A stretch of DNA of 64,000 nt from Longimicrobiales bacterium (GTDB lineage Bacteria > Gemmatimonadota > Gemmatimonadetes > Longimicrobiales > Gaopeijiaceae): contig OZ242008.1 of the NCBI GenBank assembly GCA_965204735.1, positions 608,001 to 672,000 of the forward strand, in the 5' to 3' direction. The first letter of the stretch is position 1; each line of letters begins with the position of its first letter. The position numbers and the translations under genes were made by a program. Under the pieces are notes generated by a model. The model worked only from the letters and a program-made list of their open reading frames with translations. It was not told where the DNA came from and ran no database searches. Of this stretch, positions 1 to 10,602 are shown one piece after another.

Positions 1-2
1 GC

Positions 3-2918
3 GACACGACGGCGGCTGTTCTGACGCGCGCCACGGTGCCGACGAGCGCGGCGCACAAGGTGGACGGGAGCCGAGCGGGAGTTGCAGAAGTGCAGTGGCT
101 GGCCGTCGGTCCGCCTCCGTCGCGGGACAGCACGTACACGCGGGGCGAAGTGCTCTACGCGAGCGTGCACTTCGACCGAGCCGTTGCCGTGGACACGGCG
201 GGAGGCCGGCCGCGGATCGCCCTCGAGATCGGGGACTCGACGCGGTACGCGACCTACTCGCATCAGTTCACCAATACGCCGGCGCGACAGGTGTTCAAGT
301 ACGTGATGCAGGCGAGCGATCGGGACAGCGACGGGCTGAGCGTCGCGGCCAACGCATTGGAGCTGAACGGCGGTTCGATCACGGCGCCGGACGACACGGT
401 GTCGGCGGACCTGTCGCACGCGCCGGTGGCGGCGGACTCGGCGTTCAAGGTGGACGGCAGTCGGACGGGCGCTCCACATGTGCGCTGGATGTGGTTCAAC
501 GCCCCGGCGAGCGGCGACACGTACCTGCGCGGCGAGCACGTTGGGGTGATTGTGGCCTTCGACCGAGACGCTTCGTTGGACACGATCGGCGGGCGGCCGC
601 GGATCGCCTTGCAGGTGGGGGATTCGACGCGGTACGCGACGTACCTCAGCACTCCGGGTACGCGGGCGAACTACGGCTTCACGTACGTGGTGCAGGCGGG
701 CGACCGGGACGCGGACGGGCTGAGCATCGCGGCGAACGCCTTGGAGCTGAACGGCGGCACGATCACGGCGCCGGGCGACACGACGGCGGCCGCCGTTCTG
801 ACGCACGACTCGGTGCCGACGAGCGCGGCGCACAAGGTGGACGGGAGCCGAACGGCCGGCGACGTCGCGGCGGAGGAGAATCGAGCGCCGGAAGTGGTGT
901 CGGAGATCGCGCCGAAGACGATGGAGGTGGCGAGTCCGCCGGCCGTCGTCGCCCTGTCGGCGCACTTCCGCGATCCCGACGGCGACGAGCTCCGGTACTT
1001 GGCGGCCTCGGCGACGCCGCGGTCGGTGCGAGTGGACGAGGCGGGCGGCGTCTTGACGATCCATGCGGCGGCGGTGGGCCAGTCCACCGTGACGGTGAGG
1101 GCGGTCGATCCCGAGGGTGCGGAAGCGGAGCAGAGCTTCTTGGTGACGGTCGAGGCGTCGCGTGCGGACCGCGCCCGCATCCTGAAGCGCTCGCTGGCCG
1201 CCTTCGGTCGGAGCGTGGGCACGGAGACGGTGGAAGCGATCGGCGGACGGCTGGGCGCGGCGGACGATCCGACTGCAATGGGCGCGATGGGCGCGGCGCA
1301 TCTTCAAGTCGGCGGCCGGTCGCTTTCGTGCGTCGGCGCCGCGGAGCGCTGCGACCTGCAAGAGTTGGCCAGGCAGGCCGCCGGGCTGCTCGGCGTGCGG
1401 CCGTCGCACGGAGCGGGCAGCCTCGCGTCGGCGCTGCGGGCGGCTGCGAAGGGCGGCCACGACGCGGGCGCACTGCGCGGGCTGGCGGACGCCTTCGGGC
1501 GATCGGCCCAGATCGGCGCCGCCGGCAGCTTCGGCGCACAGGACGGCTTCGGCGCCGGCGGCTTGGGGACGGGCAGCTTCGGCGCACAGGACGGCTTCGG
1601 CGCCACGGGCGGCCGGGCCTCGGGCTTCGGCGCCACGGGCGCTGGCGGACGCGGCGACCGTCCCCGCTGGGGTCGGCTGGTCGCGATGGACCCCGTGACG
1701 CGCGACGAGCTGCTCACGCGGTCGTCGTTCCGGTTCTCGCCGGGCGCAGGCGCCGGCGGCGGCGCGCAGGCGGCGCCCGGCGGGTGGACGTTCTGGGGCC
1801 GAGCCAGCGCCGGCGGCTTCGAGGGCCGGCCCGAAGAGGACCTTGCGCTGGACGGCACGGTGCGCTCGGCGTACTTGGGCGCCGACTACCGGTTCGGAGC
1901 GGGGCCGCTGGTGGGCCTGGCGCTGTCGCGAACGACGAGCTTGATCGGCTTCGAGAGCGGGATCAACGGCACGGGCACGGTGGACGCGCGCCTGACGAGC
2001 TTGTACCCGTACGCGCAGTGGTCGCCGCGCGCGGGGTTGAGCGTGTGGGGGCTGGTCGGGGCGGGCCGGGGGACGGCGGCGCTGTCGGAGGACGCGACGC
2101 GCCGCCGGTACGAGACGGGCATGGGGATGGCGATGACGGCGGCGGGCGTGCGCCAGCGGCTGACGGGCGTGCTGGCCGTGAAGGCGGACGCTTTCGAGGT
2201 GCGCACCGATGCCGACGAGGCGGAGGGGTTGGCGGGCGTGGTGGCGAACGTGCGCCGGTTGCGCGTGGCGTCCGAGGTCGTGGGGCGCTGGGGGCTGTCG
2301 GGCGGGTCGTCGATTGCTTCGCAGGTGGAGGTGGCCGCGCGCTTCGACGGCGGGGACGCGGAGACGGGGGCGGGCGCGGAGGCGGGCGCGGGGCTCGGCT
2401 ACGTGCACGAGGGCATCGGGCTGAGCGTGGACGCGCGGGGCCGGGCGCTGGTGGCGCATCAGGCGTCGTCGTTCCGGGAGTGGGGCGCAAGCGTCGCGGT
2501 GCGTCTGCGGCCGAGTGGCGAGGCGGGCGGGTTGTCGTTCACTCTCGAGCCGAGCTGGGGCAATGCGGCGAGCGGCGTGGCGACGCTCTGGCGGGAGGGA
2601 TCGGCAGCGGGCGTGCCCGGCGTGCCGCTGGGCGGCTCCCCGTCGCCGGCGGGGGGCGTGCCGCTTGCGAGCGGGCGCGCGAGCGCCAGCCGGCTCCACA
2701 TGGAGGTGGACTACGCGATCGTGCTGGCGGACGGCGGGCGAGTGGCGCCGTTCGGGCGCTGGGCGGTCGAGGGCGGTTCGGGGCGTCGGCTGAACGTGGG
2801 GGTCCGGCTGTCGGTGCTGGAAGCGGCGACGCTCGACCTCTTCGGCGAGGAGGTGTCGGGCGGCGCCGAGCCCGCAGACCGCCGACTAGGCCTGCAGGGC
2901 GCAGTGCGGTTCAGGTGA
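3..2918 (+). CDS. Autotransporter-domain surface protein with repeated ~130-aa beta-rich domains (5' partial)
   Basis: Frame is open from the window edge. Repeated unit 'VAVDTAGGRPRIALEIGDSTRYATY...DRDSDGLSVAANALELNGGSI', one Ig/cadherin-like unit (NRAPEVV...FRDPDGD), and a C-terminal beta-barrel (WTFWGRASAGGFEG...YPYAQWSP...GAVRFR). Confidence 0.8.
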   Translation, partial: DTTAAVLTRATVPTSAAHKVDGSRAGVAEVQWLAVGPPPSRDSTYTRGEVLYASVHFDRAVAVDTAGGRPRIALEIGDSTRYATYSHQFTNTPARQVFKYVMQASDRDSDGLSVAANALELNGGSITAPDDTVSADLSHAPVAADSAFKVDGSRTGAPHVRWMWFNAPASGDTYLRGEHVGVIVAFDRDASLDTIGGRPRIALQVGDSTRYATYLSTPGTRANYGFTYVVQAGDRDADGLSIAANALELNGGTITAPGDTTAAAVLTHDSVPTSAAHKVDGSRTAGDVAAEENRAPEVVSEIAPKTMEVASPPAVVALSAHFRDPDGDELRYLAASATPRSVRVDEAGGVLTIHAAAVGQSTVTVRAVDPEGAEAEQSFLVTVEASRADRARILKRSLAAFGRSVGTETVEAIGGRLGAADDPTAMGAMGAAHLQVGGRSLSCVGAAERCDLQELARQAAGLLGVRPSHGAGSLASALRAAAKGGHDAGALRGLADAFGRSAQIGAAGSFGAQDGFGAGGLGTGSFGAQDGFGATGGRASGFGATGAGGRGDRPRWGRLVAMDPVTRDELLTRSSFRFSPGAGAGGGAQAAPGGWTFWGRASAGGFEGRPEEDLALDGTVRSAYLGADYRFGAGPLVGLALSRTTSLIGFESGINGTGTVDARLTSLYPYAQWSPRAGLSVWGLVGAGRGTAALSEDATRRRYETGMGMAMTAAGVRQRLTGVLAVKADAFEVRTDADEAEGLAGVVANVRRLRVASEVVGRWGLSGGSSIASQVEVAARFDGGDAETGAGAEAGAGLGYVHEGIGLSVDARGRALVAHQASSFREWGASVAVRLRPSGEAGGLSFTLEPSWGNAASGVATLWREGSAAGVPGVPLGGSPSPAGGVPLASGRASASRLHMEVDYAIVLADGGRVAPFGRWAVEGGSGRRLNVGVRLSVLEAATLDLFGEEVSGGAEPADRRLGLQGAVRFR
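1526..1640 (+). repeat. Intragenic tandem repeats encoding a GSFGAQDGFGA Gly-rich linker
   Basis: cagcttcggcgcacaggacggcttcggcgcc at ~1526 and ~1574, followed by partial ggcttcggcgccacgggc copies. Confidence 0.75.
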
Positions 2919-3076
2919 TGATCCGCTGGTCATCCCCCTGATCGACCCACGGGAATCCTGATCGCGGCGAGAAGGCGGGACGCCTCGCCACGCTTCTTGG
3001 AACCACACGCCGCAAGTCTGCCGGGGTTAGGCTCCAGTCAAGCGGCAGTTGCCCGGCAACGGACGGGTTCCAGCCC

Positions 3077-4497
3077 ATGGCGCGCGCAACCGCGTCCGAT
3101 TACGCTGACGGGCGTGCCTCCCGCTTCCTTGCCAACCACACAACTCCGAAAGTCTTCCGAATGGCGCTGCAGGCGGCCAGCCCCGTAGTCCGGCGGGCGT
3201 CGGGCGATCCCAACAAGTTGCGGCCCAGCGACAGGGCCGTGCACGACTGGTATCGCTTCGTCCTGTCCTTTCCGCCGCATCTGGTCCGCGACTGCCTCTC
3301 GCGTCTTGACGTCGGTCCGGGGTCCATGGTCCTGGATCCGTTCTGCGGCACGGGCACGACTCTCGTCGAGTGCAAGAAGCTCGGACTTCGCAGCGCTGGA
3401 ATCGAGGCGAGCCCGATGGCCCACTTCGCCACTTCGGCGAAGGTGGATTGGCAAGTGGACGCCGGCGAACTCACGGACTACGCCGACGAAGTGGCGGCGT
3501 CGGCGTCGGCTCGCCTTCGCGGTCAAGGCATCAACGACTTGGCAAGACTCCCCCTCTTCGGCAACGACGGGAGCGGGCGTCCGTCGCTGGCGAGTCTCTC
3601 GCCGGAACGAACGGCCTTGCTGCTGAAGAACTCCATCAGCCCGATGCCCCTGCACAAGACCTTGGTTCTCCTGGACGAGGTCGACCGCTGCGGCCACCGT
3701 CGCTTGCGGTCCCTTGGGAGACTGGCTCTCGGCGCCGCCCTGGTCCGCGAGATCGGCAACCTGAAGTTCGGCCCGGAGGTTGGGGTCGGTCGAATCAAGG
3801 AAGACGCGCCCGTCGTCGATGCGTGGTTCAAGCGCGTAACGACCATGGCCGACGACCTGCAAGTCGTGTCCGATCGCGCGCCCTCGCAGTTGGTGCGCTC
3901 GGACGCCCGAACAGCGGGCGCGGCGCTGGAGGCGAACTCGGTCGATGCAGTAATCACGTCGCCTCCTTACCCCAACGAGAAGGACTACACGCGGACCACC
4001 CGTCTGGAGTCGTGATCCTTGGAATGATACGAAGCAAGGCCGACCTGCGAGCCCTCAAGCAGGACATGGTGAGGTCGAACACCCGAGGAGTCTACAAGGC
4101 CGACACCGACGATCGCGAGGTGGAAGGCAACGCCAACGTTCGATGCATCGCAGACGCGATTGAACGCAGGCGCATCGACCTCGGCAAGACCTCTGGATTC
4201 GAACGCATGTACTCGCGGGTCACGAAGCTGTACTTCGGCGGGATGACCCGGCACTTGGCGTCTCTCCGGTCGGCGCTCAAGCCAGGCGCCCGACTCGCGT
4301 ATGTCGTGGGCGACCAGGCGTCGTACCTCAGGGTCATGATCCGCACAGGACAACTCCTCGCCGAAGTGGCGGCGTCCCTGGGCTACGCGGTTGTCGGAAT
4401 CGACCTCTTCAGAACGCGACCCTCCACAGCAACCGGCGACCAGCTTCGAGAAGAAGTGGTGCTGTTGGAATGGCCGGGACAGGGAACGGCGAAGTGA
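3077..4497 (+). pseudogene. Amino-DNA methyltransferase (probable N4-cytosine, motif I before motif IV), split by a 1-nt frameshift near 4012
   Basis: DPFCGTGTT (motif I) and TSPPY (motif IV) lie in ORF 3077-4015. The continuation 'VILGMIRSKADLRALKQ...LAYVVGDQASY...REEVVLL' lies in another frame ending at 4497. Adding one G (tcg[g]tg) joins them. Confidence 0.75.
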
Positions 4498-6749
4498 CTC
4501 CGTCGGGGCGCGCCTCGGCCCACCGCCGCCCGGGTTTCCTTGCCCCGGCCGTCGTCGTGGGCGCCGCCCTCGCCCTTGCCTGCAACGCCTCGCCCTGGCC
4601 GCCGCCGCCGGACACCGCCCGCAGACCCGTCGCGGACACCCTCCACGGCGTCGCCTTCACCGACGACTACCGGTGGCTGGAGGAGCAGGCGAGCCCCGAA
4701 ACCCGCGCATGGATCGCGGCGCAGAACGAGTACGCCGAGCAGGTCGTGGGGGACACGCCGCTGCGGGCGGCGCTGGAGGCCAGGCTCGCCGAGCTCATGG
4801 ACGTGCCCGGCGCCGTGTTTCCGCGAAGGAGCGGCGAATACGAGTACTTCTCGCTGCGCAAGCCCGGGCGAGAGGTCGCGGCGATCTACCGTCGCCCGGC
4901 GCCGGAAGAGCCGGAAGACGGACCGCTGGACACGAGCGCCGACTACGAAGTCGTCGTCGATCCGCTGGAAATCCGCTCGGACGGCACGACCAGCGTCGGC
5001 ATAAGGGACTTTGCGCCGGACGGGTCCCTCATGCTCTACGCGGTCCGCGACGGCGGGCAGGACGAGACGAGCATCCGCGTCCGCGACCTTGCCGCTGGCC
5101 AGGACTTGCCCGACCGGCTTCCCAACGCCCTCTACGGCGCCGTTTCGTTCGACGAGGACGGAGGCGGCTTCCACTACGTGCACAGGTCGCGGCAGACCGG
5201 CCCGCGCCTGCGCCACCACGTGCTGGGCACGCCGATCGACGAGGACGGCGTGGTGTTCGGAGACGGAACCGACGCCGGCGGGGAAGACGTGCCGGGGATC
5301 GGACCGGCGGGACTCGCGCCCACGAGCTTCCTTGGCTTCTCGAGAGCCGGGGACGACCGCTTCGTCTACACCGTCCAGCACGGGTGGGCGCGCACCGACG
5401 TGTACTTGCACGACGTGGGAGCCGGGGCGAAGCCGTCGCCCCTCGTGGTCGGCGCTCCCGCGCGGTTCAGCGTCCGCTGGGTGGACGGCGAGCTCTTCAT
5501 GCTCACCAACCTGGACGCGCCAAACAACCGAATCGTCGCCGTCGACCTCGACGCTCCCGACCAAGCCGACTGGCGCGAAGTGCTGCCCGAGACGGACGAC
5601 GCGCTCACCGGCTACCAGATCGTCGGCGACGACGTCTTCGCCAACTACGTGCACGACGCGAGCAGCCGGATCGTCCGCTACGACATGAACGGCGCCCGGA
5701 TCGGCGAACTCCCCGTTCCCGACCACCACGTCGCCACGCTCCGCAGCTGGCGCGACGGCTCCGCCCTCCTCTCGCTCACGTCGCTGGACGCGCCGCCCCA
5801 CGTCCGCAAGCTCGACCTGGCGACGTTGGAAACGGACGAGTGGCTTCCTTCCCGGACGCCCTTCGACGGGGACGAATACCAAGTCGAGCAAGTGTGGTAC
5901 ACGTCCAAGGACGGGACGCAGGCGCCCATGTACGTGGCCCACAAGCGGGGACTCGATCCCGCCGGCGGGGCGCCGACCCTCCTCTACGGCTACGGGGGCT
6001 TCAACGTCAGCCTCCTGCCGCGCTTCGACGCGCGCGCCGCCGTCTGGATGGAGATGGGCGGCGTCTACGCAATGGCGACGTTGCGCGGCGGCGGCGAGTT
6101 CGGCGAGCGCTGGCACCGCGCCGGGATGCTGCAGAACAAGCAGAACGTCTTCGACGACTTCATTGCGGCCGCCGAGTGGCTGGTGAACAACGGCTACGCC
6201 ACGCCGAAGAAACTGGCGGCTCGCGGCGTCAGCAACGGCGGTCTTCTCGTCGCCAGCGCCTTCACCCAGCGACCGGACCTCTTCCGCGCCGTCTTCTGCG
6301 GCTTTCCCGACCTGGACATGGTGCGCTTCTACCAGTTCACCGAGACCAACAACCTTCCCGCCCTGCTGGAGTACGGCAACGGCGCGGCGGCGGACGAGTT
6401 CCACGTGCTGCGCATCTTCTCGCCGTATCAGAACGTGCGGGAGGGCGTCCGCTACCCGGCGGTCATGTTCGCCCAGGGGGACTTGGACACCCGCGTCCCG
6501 CCCCTCCAGGCCCGCAAGATGACGGCCCGCCTGCAAGCCGCCACGGGCTCCGGGCTCCCGGTGATCCTCGACTACGACTCCAGGGCCGGCCACGCCGGAG
6601 GCCGATCGTTCAGCCGCAACGTCCGCAACGCCGCCATGGAGCTGGCCTTCCTGCTGGGCCAGCTGGGGACGGCGGAGGCGCCGGCGACGGACGAGCGGCA
6701 GCGGGACCCGCCCGTCATCCCCCCGGCCGGTCCGCTGGCACCCGCCTGA
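4494..6749 (+). CDS. Prolyl oligopeptidase (S9A), probable lipoprotein
   Basis: DDYRWLE, YGYGGFN, GVSNGG nucleophile motif, DTRV and GHAGG triad motifs; LALAC lipobox; GTG start overlaps the upstream TGA. Confidence 0.92.
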   Translation: MTPSGRASAHRRPGFLAPAVVVGAALALACNASPWPPPPDTARRPVADTLHGVAFTDDYRWLEEQASPETRAWIAAQNEYAEQVVGDTPLRAALEARLAELMDVPGAVFPRRSGEYEYFSLRKPGREVAAIYRRPAPEEPEDGPLDTSADYEVVVDPLEIRSDGTTSVGIRDFAPDGSLMLYAVRDGGQDETSIRVRDLAAGQDLPDRLPNALYGAVSFDEDGGGFHYVHRSRQTGPRLRHHVLGTPIDEDGVVFGDGTDAGGEDVPGIGPAGLAPTSFLGFSRAGDDRFVYTVQHGWARTDVYLHDVGAGAKPSPLVVGAPARFSVRWVDGELFMLTNLDAPNNRIVAVDLDAPDQADWREVLPETDDALTGYQIVGDDVFANYVHDASSRIVRYDMNGARIGELPVPDHHVATLRSWRDGSALLSLTSLDAPPHVRKLDLATLETDEWLPSRTPFDGDEYQVEQVWYTSKDGTQAPMYVAHKRGLDPAGGAPTLLYGYGGFNVSLLPRFDARAAVWMEMGGVYAMATLRGGGEFGERWHRAGMLQNKQNVFDDFIAAAEWLVNNGYATPKKLAARGVSNGGLLVASAFTQRPDLFRAVFCGFPDLDMVRFYQFTETNNLPALLEYGNGAAADEFHVLRIFSPYQNVREGVRYPAVMFAQGDLDTRVPPLQARKMTARLQAATGSGLPVILDYDSRAGHAGGRSFSRNVRNAAMELAFLLGQLGTAEAPATDERQRDPPVIPPAGPLAPA

Positions 6750-8052
6750 AGAGTCGGGCGAGGAGCAGCAGCGCCGTCACGTACATCAGCGCGCCCAGCA
6801 GGAAGGGGGCGCCCGGCAGCTGGAAGGGCGCCGCGGGCGACGTGAAGTAGCCGAAGAGCAGGCTCGTGAAGAGGATCGGCGCGACCACGGCGGTCAGGCT
6901 CATGAGCGACTGGATGCCGCCCTGGACCTTGCCCTGGTCCCGGGCCGTCACGGCGCCGGCCACCAAGCTCTGGATCGCCGGACCCGCGATGCCTCCGACC
7001 GACCCGAACACGATGAACACCAGCAGCATCCACCCTTCCGTGGCCAGTCCGTAGCCCAGAAAGGTCACGACGGCGACGGCCAGTCCGCCGACGATCGCCC
7101 GCCGTTCGCCCCAGCGTCGGATCACGGGCTGCACCAGCCCGCCCTGCACGACCGCTGCCATCACGCCCACCAGTCCCAGCGAGAGCCCGTTGGCGCGCTC
7201 GTCCCAGCCGAACTTGTGGCCGGTGTAAAGCACCCACGCCGTCTCCAGCCCCCGCTGGGCAAGTCCGATGAAGACGAACGACACCGAGAGCCCCGCCAGC
7301 AGACGGTTGGACCCGAGCACGAAGAGGCTGCCGACCGGGTTGGCCTTCAGCCAGCTGAAGCTGTCGCGCTTCTCCGGGGGCAGGGACTCGGGCAGGACGA
7401 AGAAGCCGTAGAGCCAGTTGACCAGGGCGAGGCCGGCGGCGGCGAAGAACGGCAGGCGCAGGTCGACGCCGCCCAGCAGTCCGCCCGCAACCGGTCCAAA
7501 GATGAAGCCCAGGCCGAAGGCGACGCCCACAAGGCCGAAGTTCCGCGCCCGCGTCTCGGGGGGCGACACGTCGGCGATGTAGGCGTGGGCGGTCGTGAAG
7601 CTGGCGCCCATGATCCCGGCGACCACCCGCCCTGCGAAGAGCCATCCGATCGTCGGCGCGAAGCCCATGATCAGGTAGTCGACGCCCAGGCCGAAGAGCG
7701 AGACGAGAATCACCGGCCGGCGGCCCACCCGGTCCGAGAGCGCGCCCAGCAGCGGGGCGAAGAGGAACTGGACCGCTGCGTACACCATTGCCAGGACGCC
7801 GAACCAGCGGGCCGCCTCCGACGTGCCCCCGCCGACGAACTCCTTGATCAGCTCCGGCAAGATGGGGATGATGATCCCGATCCCCAGCACGTCGATGAAC
7901 ACCGTGATCAAGATGAATATCACGGCGGCGGGCCGGCCCTGGCCGGTGGTCGGCTGCTCCGCGTCGGCGCTTGGCGCGTCGCCGGGCGCGAGCTCTCGCC
8001 GCCCGCCTCCCGGCGCGGGCTCCCGACCCGCCGTTTCGTCGCTTCCGGTCAC
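6715..8052 (-). CDS. TCR/Tet-family MFS efflux transporter
   Basis: Motif [30 protein letters not shown] and GFIFGP; about 12 hydrophobic segments; GTG start at 8052 chosen. Confidence 0.9.
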   Translation of the reverse strand: MTGSDETAGREPAPGGGRRELAPGDAPSADAEQPTTGQGRPAAVIFILITVFIDVLGIGIIIPILPELIKEFVGGGTSEAARWFGVLAMVYAAVQFLFAPLLGALSDRVGRRPVILVSLFGLGVDYLIMGFAPTIGWLFAGRVVAGIMGASFTTAHAYIADVSPPETRARNFGLVGVAFGLGFIFGPVAGGLLGGVDLRLPFFAAAGLALVNWLYGFFVLPESLPPEKRDSFSWLKANPVGSLFVLGSNRLLAGLSVSFVFIGLAQRGLETAWVLYTGHKFGWDERANGLSLGLVGVMAAVVQGGLVQPVIRRWGERRAIVGGLAVAVVTFLGYGLATEGWMLLVFIVFGSVGGIAGPAIQSLVAGAVTARDQGKVQGGIQSLMSLTAVVAPILFTSLLFGYFTSPAAPFQLPGAPFLLGALMYVTALLLLARLFRRVPADRPGG

Positions 8053-8132
8053 TCTACATTCCTTGGACGCGCGGGTGGACCGGAACCGTCGAGCCAAGGA
8101 GACGCGGCGACCGGAAGGCGGCCCGCAAATAT

Positions 8133-8222
8133 GGCGCGTCCGACCCAAGGGGGGAACGACTGCGCCCGGTCGACGCGGCGCGGCCCCCAGAACGGCGCGT
8201 CCGACCCAAGGGGGGAACGACT
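8133..8222 (+). repeat. Two identical 29-bp direct repeats separated by 32 bp in a divergent intergenic region
   Basis: ggcgcgtccgacccaaggggggaacgact at 8133-8161 and 8194-8222; the second copy contains the likely RBS of the zincin gene. Confidence 0.85.
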
Positions 8223-8224
8223 CC

Positions 8225-8968
8225 ATGACCTTCGACGCCTTCGAGGAAGAGGCTCGCCGGGCTTTCGACCGAATCCCCGAGCGCTACCGGGAGGGCGTGG
8301 ACGGCCTTGTCGTGGAGCGCGACCCGCAACCCCATCCCGACTTCCCCTACGTCTACACCCTGGGCCTGTGCGACACGGAGAGCTACCCGTCGGGCTGGGA
8401 CGGGCCGGACACCGTGCGGTCGCGGGTCGTCCTCTACTGGGGCTCGTTTCGGGCGCTGGCCAAGCTGGACCCGCGCTTCGACTGGGAGGAGGAGACCTGG
8501 GAGACCCTAACCCACGAACTGTACCATCACCTGGAGTCGCTGGCGGGCGAGGACGAGCTGTGCGGGGTGGACTACGCCATGGACCAAACGTTCCGGCGGG
8601 ACCACGAAGAGGAGTTCGATCGGGAGTACTACCGCAGCGGAGAACGGATCGGGCCGGGCGTCTACAACGTGGACGGCGACGTCTACATCGAGCAGGAGTG
8701 GGGACCGGACGAGCTTGCTCGGGCCGACGCGCTCCGGTTCGCGTGGGCGGGCCGCGAGTTCAGCGTGGAACCACCTGCCGTGCTGGGCGACGTGCACTTC
8801 GTTCGCATCGTGGACGGCGTGCCGGACGCGCCCCGACGCCTGGAGCTGGCGCTGGTGAGCAAGCCGTCGTGGCTCGAGCGGATTCGCGGCTTCCTGCGTG
8901 GACGGGAGCCCGAGATATGGGAGTCGGAAGCGCGCCCCAACCAGCCAGGGCAGCCCGGGGGGTCGTGA
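8225..8968 (+). CDS. Zincin-like metallopeptidase family protein
   Basis: Starts MTFDAFEEEARRAFDRIP; HExxH motif THELYHHLE; purine-rich RBS upstream. Confidence 0.8.
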   Translation: MTFDAFEEEARRAFDRIPERYREGVDGLVVERDPQPHPDFPYVYTLGLCDTESYPSGWDGPDTVRSRVVLYWGSFRALAKLDPRFDWEEETWETLTHELYHHLESLAGEDELCGVDYAMDQTFRRDHEEEFDREYYRSGERIGPGVYNVDGDVYIEQEWGPDELARADALRFAWAGREFSVEPPAVLGDVHFVRIVDGVPDAPRRLELALVSKPSWLERIRGFLRGREPEIWESEARPNQPGQPGGS

Positions 8969-9002
8969 CGGATCGTGGACTGGTCGTGACGGATCGCGGA
9001 CT
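8961..9002 (+). repeat. 21-bp tandem duplication
   Basis: ggtcgtgacggatcgtggact followed by ggtcgtgacggatcgcggact. Confidence 0.75.
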
Positions 9003-9006
9003 GGAG

Positions 9007-9036
9007 TTGACACGCCGCAAGATCTTAGCTACCAAT
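9007..9036 (+). promoter_or_regulatory. Putative sigma70 promoter for the 9124 gene
   Basis: Perfect TTGACA at 9007-9012, with a weak -10 (TACCAA/ACCAAT) 17-18 bp downstream. Confidence 0.4.
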
Positions 9037-9123
9037 CCGACCACACCGAGGATGCCGACGTTTCCAGCCGTGGTGGTGCCGAGCGGTGGCAAGCGTCCGC
9101 ATCTGCTGCGGAGGGGGGAAGCC

Positions 9124-9912
9124 ATGCGGAAGATCGGCAACCAACTCGTCCCGCTGTTCGTCGCCTTAGTAGTGGTGGTTCTGCCGTCCGCGTGCAGGGA
9201 CGCCACGGACCTGGCGGAAACCACCAGCCAAGACGCGGAAATGACCGCTGCCGAGCTCGAGGCCCTCGAGCTCGAGGCCCTGTGGCTGCAGATGCCCGGC
9301 AACGACCGCGAGTTCAACCGGCTGCTGGTGGAGGAGCTGCGGACCGGGGTCCCCATGGACTGGGACGAAGCTCTCCGCGCCCTGGAGGCGGACGGCCGGC
9401 GCTTCCCGCGGTTCAGGGTCGTGAACGACGACGACCTCGCGCCCGAGCAGATCGCCGAGGCGGACGCTGCCGAAGCAGAGACCCTGGCGATCATGGAGGA
9501 GTGGCTGCGGCTGCCCGGCAACGACCGCGAGTTCAACCGGCTGCTGGTGGAGGAGCTGCGGACCGGGGTCCCCATGGACTGGGACGAAGCTCTCCGCGCC
9601 CTGGAGGCGGATGGATGGCGCTTCCCGGCCATGACGCGCCTGACAGGCGCCCCGCTTCCGGCTAGCGTCGCATCTGCGTCGGACCGCGAGATGTACCGGG
9701 ACATCGTGCGCGACCCGGCCTACTACGGCAGCGAGCGATACTATCTGGATGCCGTGGTCGCGCTCTCGGTCCTTAGGGGGCAGCAGCGCGCGGCGTGCCA
9801 TGGCGTGCGGCAGGCCCGTACTCGAGTGGCCTGGAGAGACGACGACGGCCGCGAACGCGTGTCGCGGTACGAGTCTTGGGTGGGACGCAGCTGCCTGGAC
9901 CGAAGTTCCTAG
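9124..9912 (+). CDS. Hypothetical lipoprotein with an internally duplicated module
   Basis: RBS ggaggggg; signal peptide MRKIGNQLVPLFVALVVVVLPSAC; two copies of PGNDREFNRLLVEELRTGVPMDWDEALRALEADG. The 3' end is less certain. Confidence 0.6.
   Translation: MRKIGNQLVPLFVALVVVVLPSACRDATDLAETTSQDAEMTAAELEALELEALWLQMPGNDREFNRLLVEELRTGVPMDWDEALRALEADGRRFPRFRVVNDDDLAPEQIAEADAAEAETLAIMEEWLRLPGNDREFNRLLVEELRTGVPMDWDEALRALEADGWRFPAMTRLTGAPLPASVASASDREMYRDIVRDPAYYGSERYYLDAVVALSVLRGQQRAACHGVRQARTRVAWRDDDGRERVSRYESWVGRSCLDRSS
9293..9611 (+). repeat. Identical 100-bp intragenic direct repeat
   Basis: 9293-9392 equals 9512-9611 (tgcccggcaacgaccgcgag...ctggaggcgga). Confidence 0.85.
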
Positions 9913-9966
9913 AAACGAAGCGTCGGGAAGAGGTCGGCTGGTAGACAGCCCAGCCGGGGAGTCGAG

Positions 9967-10587
9967 ATGGGACCAGGGAAGAAGCGCGTCGCCCGCAGTG
10001 CGTTCCGTGACCGCCGAAGCGCGGTCCTGCTGGTTCCGGCCACCCTGCTCCCCGTGTGGTGGGGATGCGCGTCGGGCGGGTCCGGCGGCGGCGAGGACGC
10101 GACGCCGACACCGGCGCAGGTGCGAAGCGTCGTGCGGGTCGAAGGCTACGCGCCGGTGGAGATCTTCAACGAACCCGGCGTCGGCGTCCGCACCATCGCC
10201 GTCGAGACCAGGACGGCGTGGCGGGCCCTGGGAGGGGTCTACGAGCAGATGGGCATCCCCGTCACGCAGTCGGATCCCCGGTCGATGCAGCTCGGCAACC
10301 CCGGCTACTTGGCGCGACGGGTGGACGGCGACCGCATGAACAGCTTCATCGACTGCGGCTCCGACTTCTCGGGCCCGCTCGCGAACCAGTACGACATCAC
10401 CTTGTCGGTGGTCACCAGGCTGACCTCCAAGGGGCCCGAGAGCACGGAAGTGCTGACGATGATGGACGCCTACGGCAAGCCCCGGGCGGTCAGCGGCAAC
10501 TCGATCCACTGCCAGTCCCGGGGCGTGCTGGAGATGAGGGTCGCCCAGAAGGTGGCGGATGCCTTGGAGAAGGGCCCGCAGCGGTAG
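9967..10587 (+). CDS. Hypothetical exported protein/lipoprotein
   Basis: Hydrophobic N-terminus ending WWGC; coherent codon usage; two further Cys (DCG, HCQS). Confidence 0.7.
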   Translation: MGPGKKRVARSAFRDRRSAVLLVPATLLPVWWGCASGGSGGGEDATPTPAQVRSVVRVEGYAPVEIFNEPGVGVRTIAVETRTAWRALGGVYEQMGIPVTQSDPRSMQLGNPGYLARRVDGDRMNSFIDCGSDFSGPLANQYDITLSVVTRLTSKGPESTEVLTMMDAYGKPRAVSGNSIHCQSRGVLEMRVAQKVADALEKGPQR

Positions 10588-10602
10588 GCGCCGGTTGTAA
10601 CT

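Noticed and set aside
6715..8052. Acquired tetracycline resistance gene (tetA)
   Set aside because: Family-level similarity only; host-like composition, no tetR and no mobile context.
7216..9123. N-terminal part of the 898-aa ORF 7216-9912
   Set aside because: It overlaps the MFS and zincin genes; the real gene likely starts at ATG 9124 with an RBS and signal peptide.
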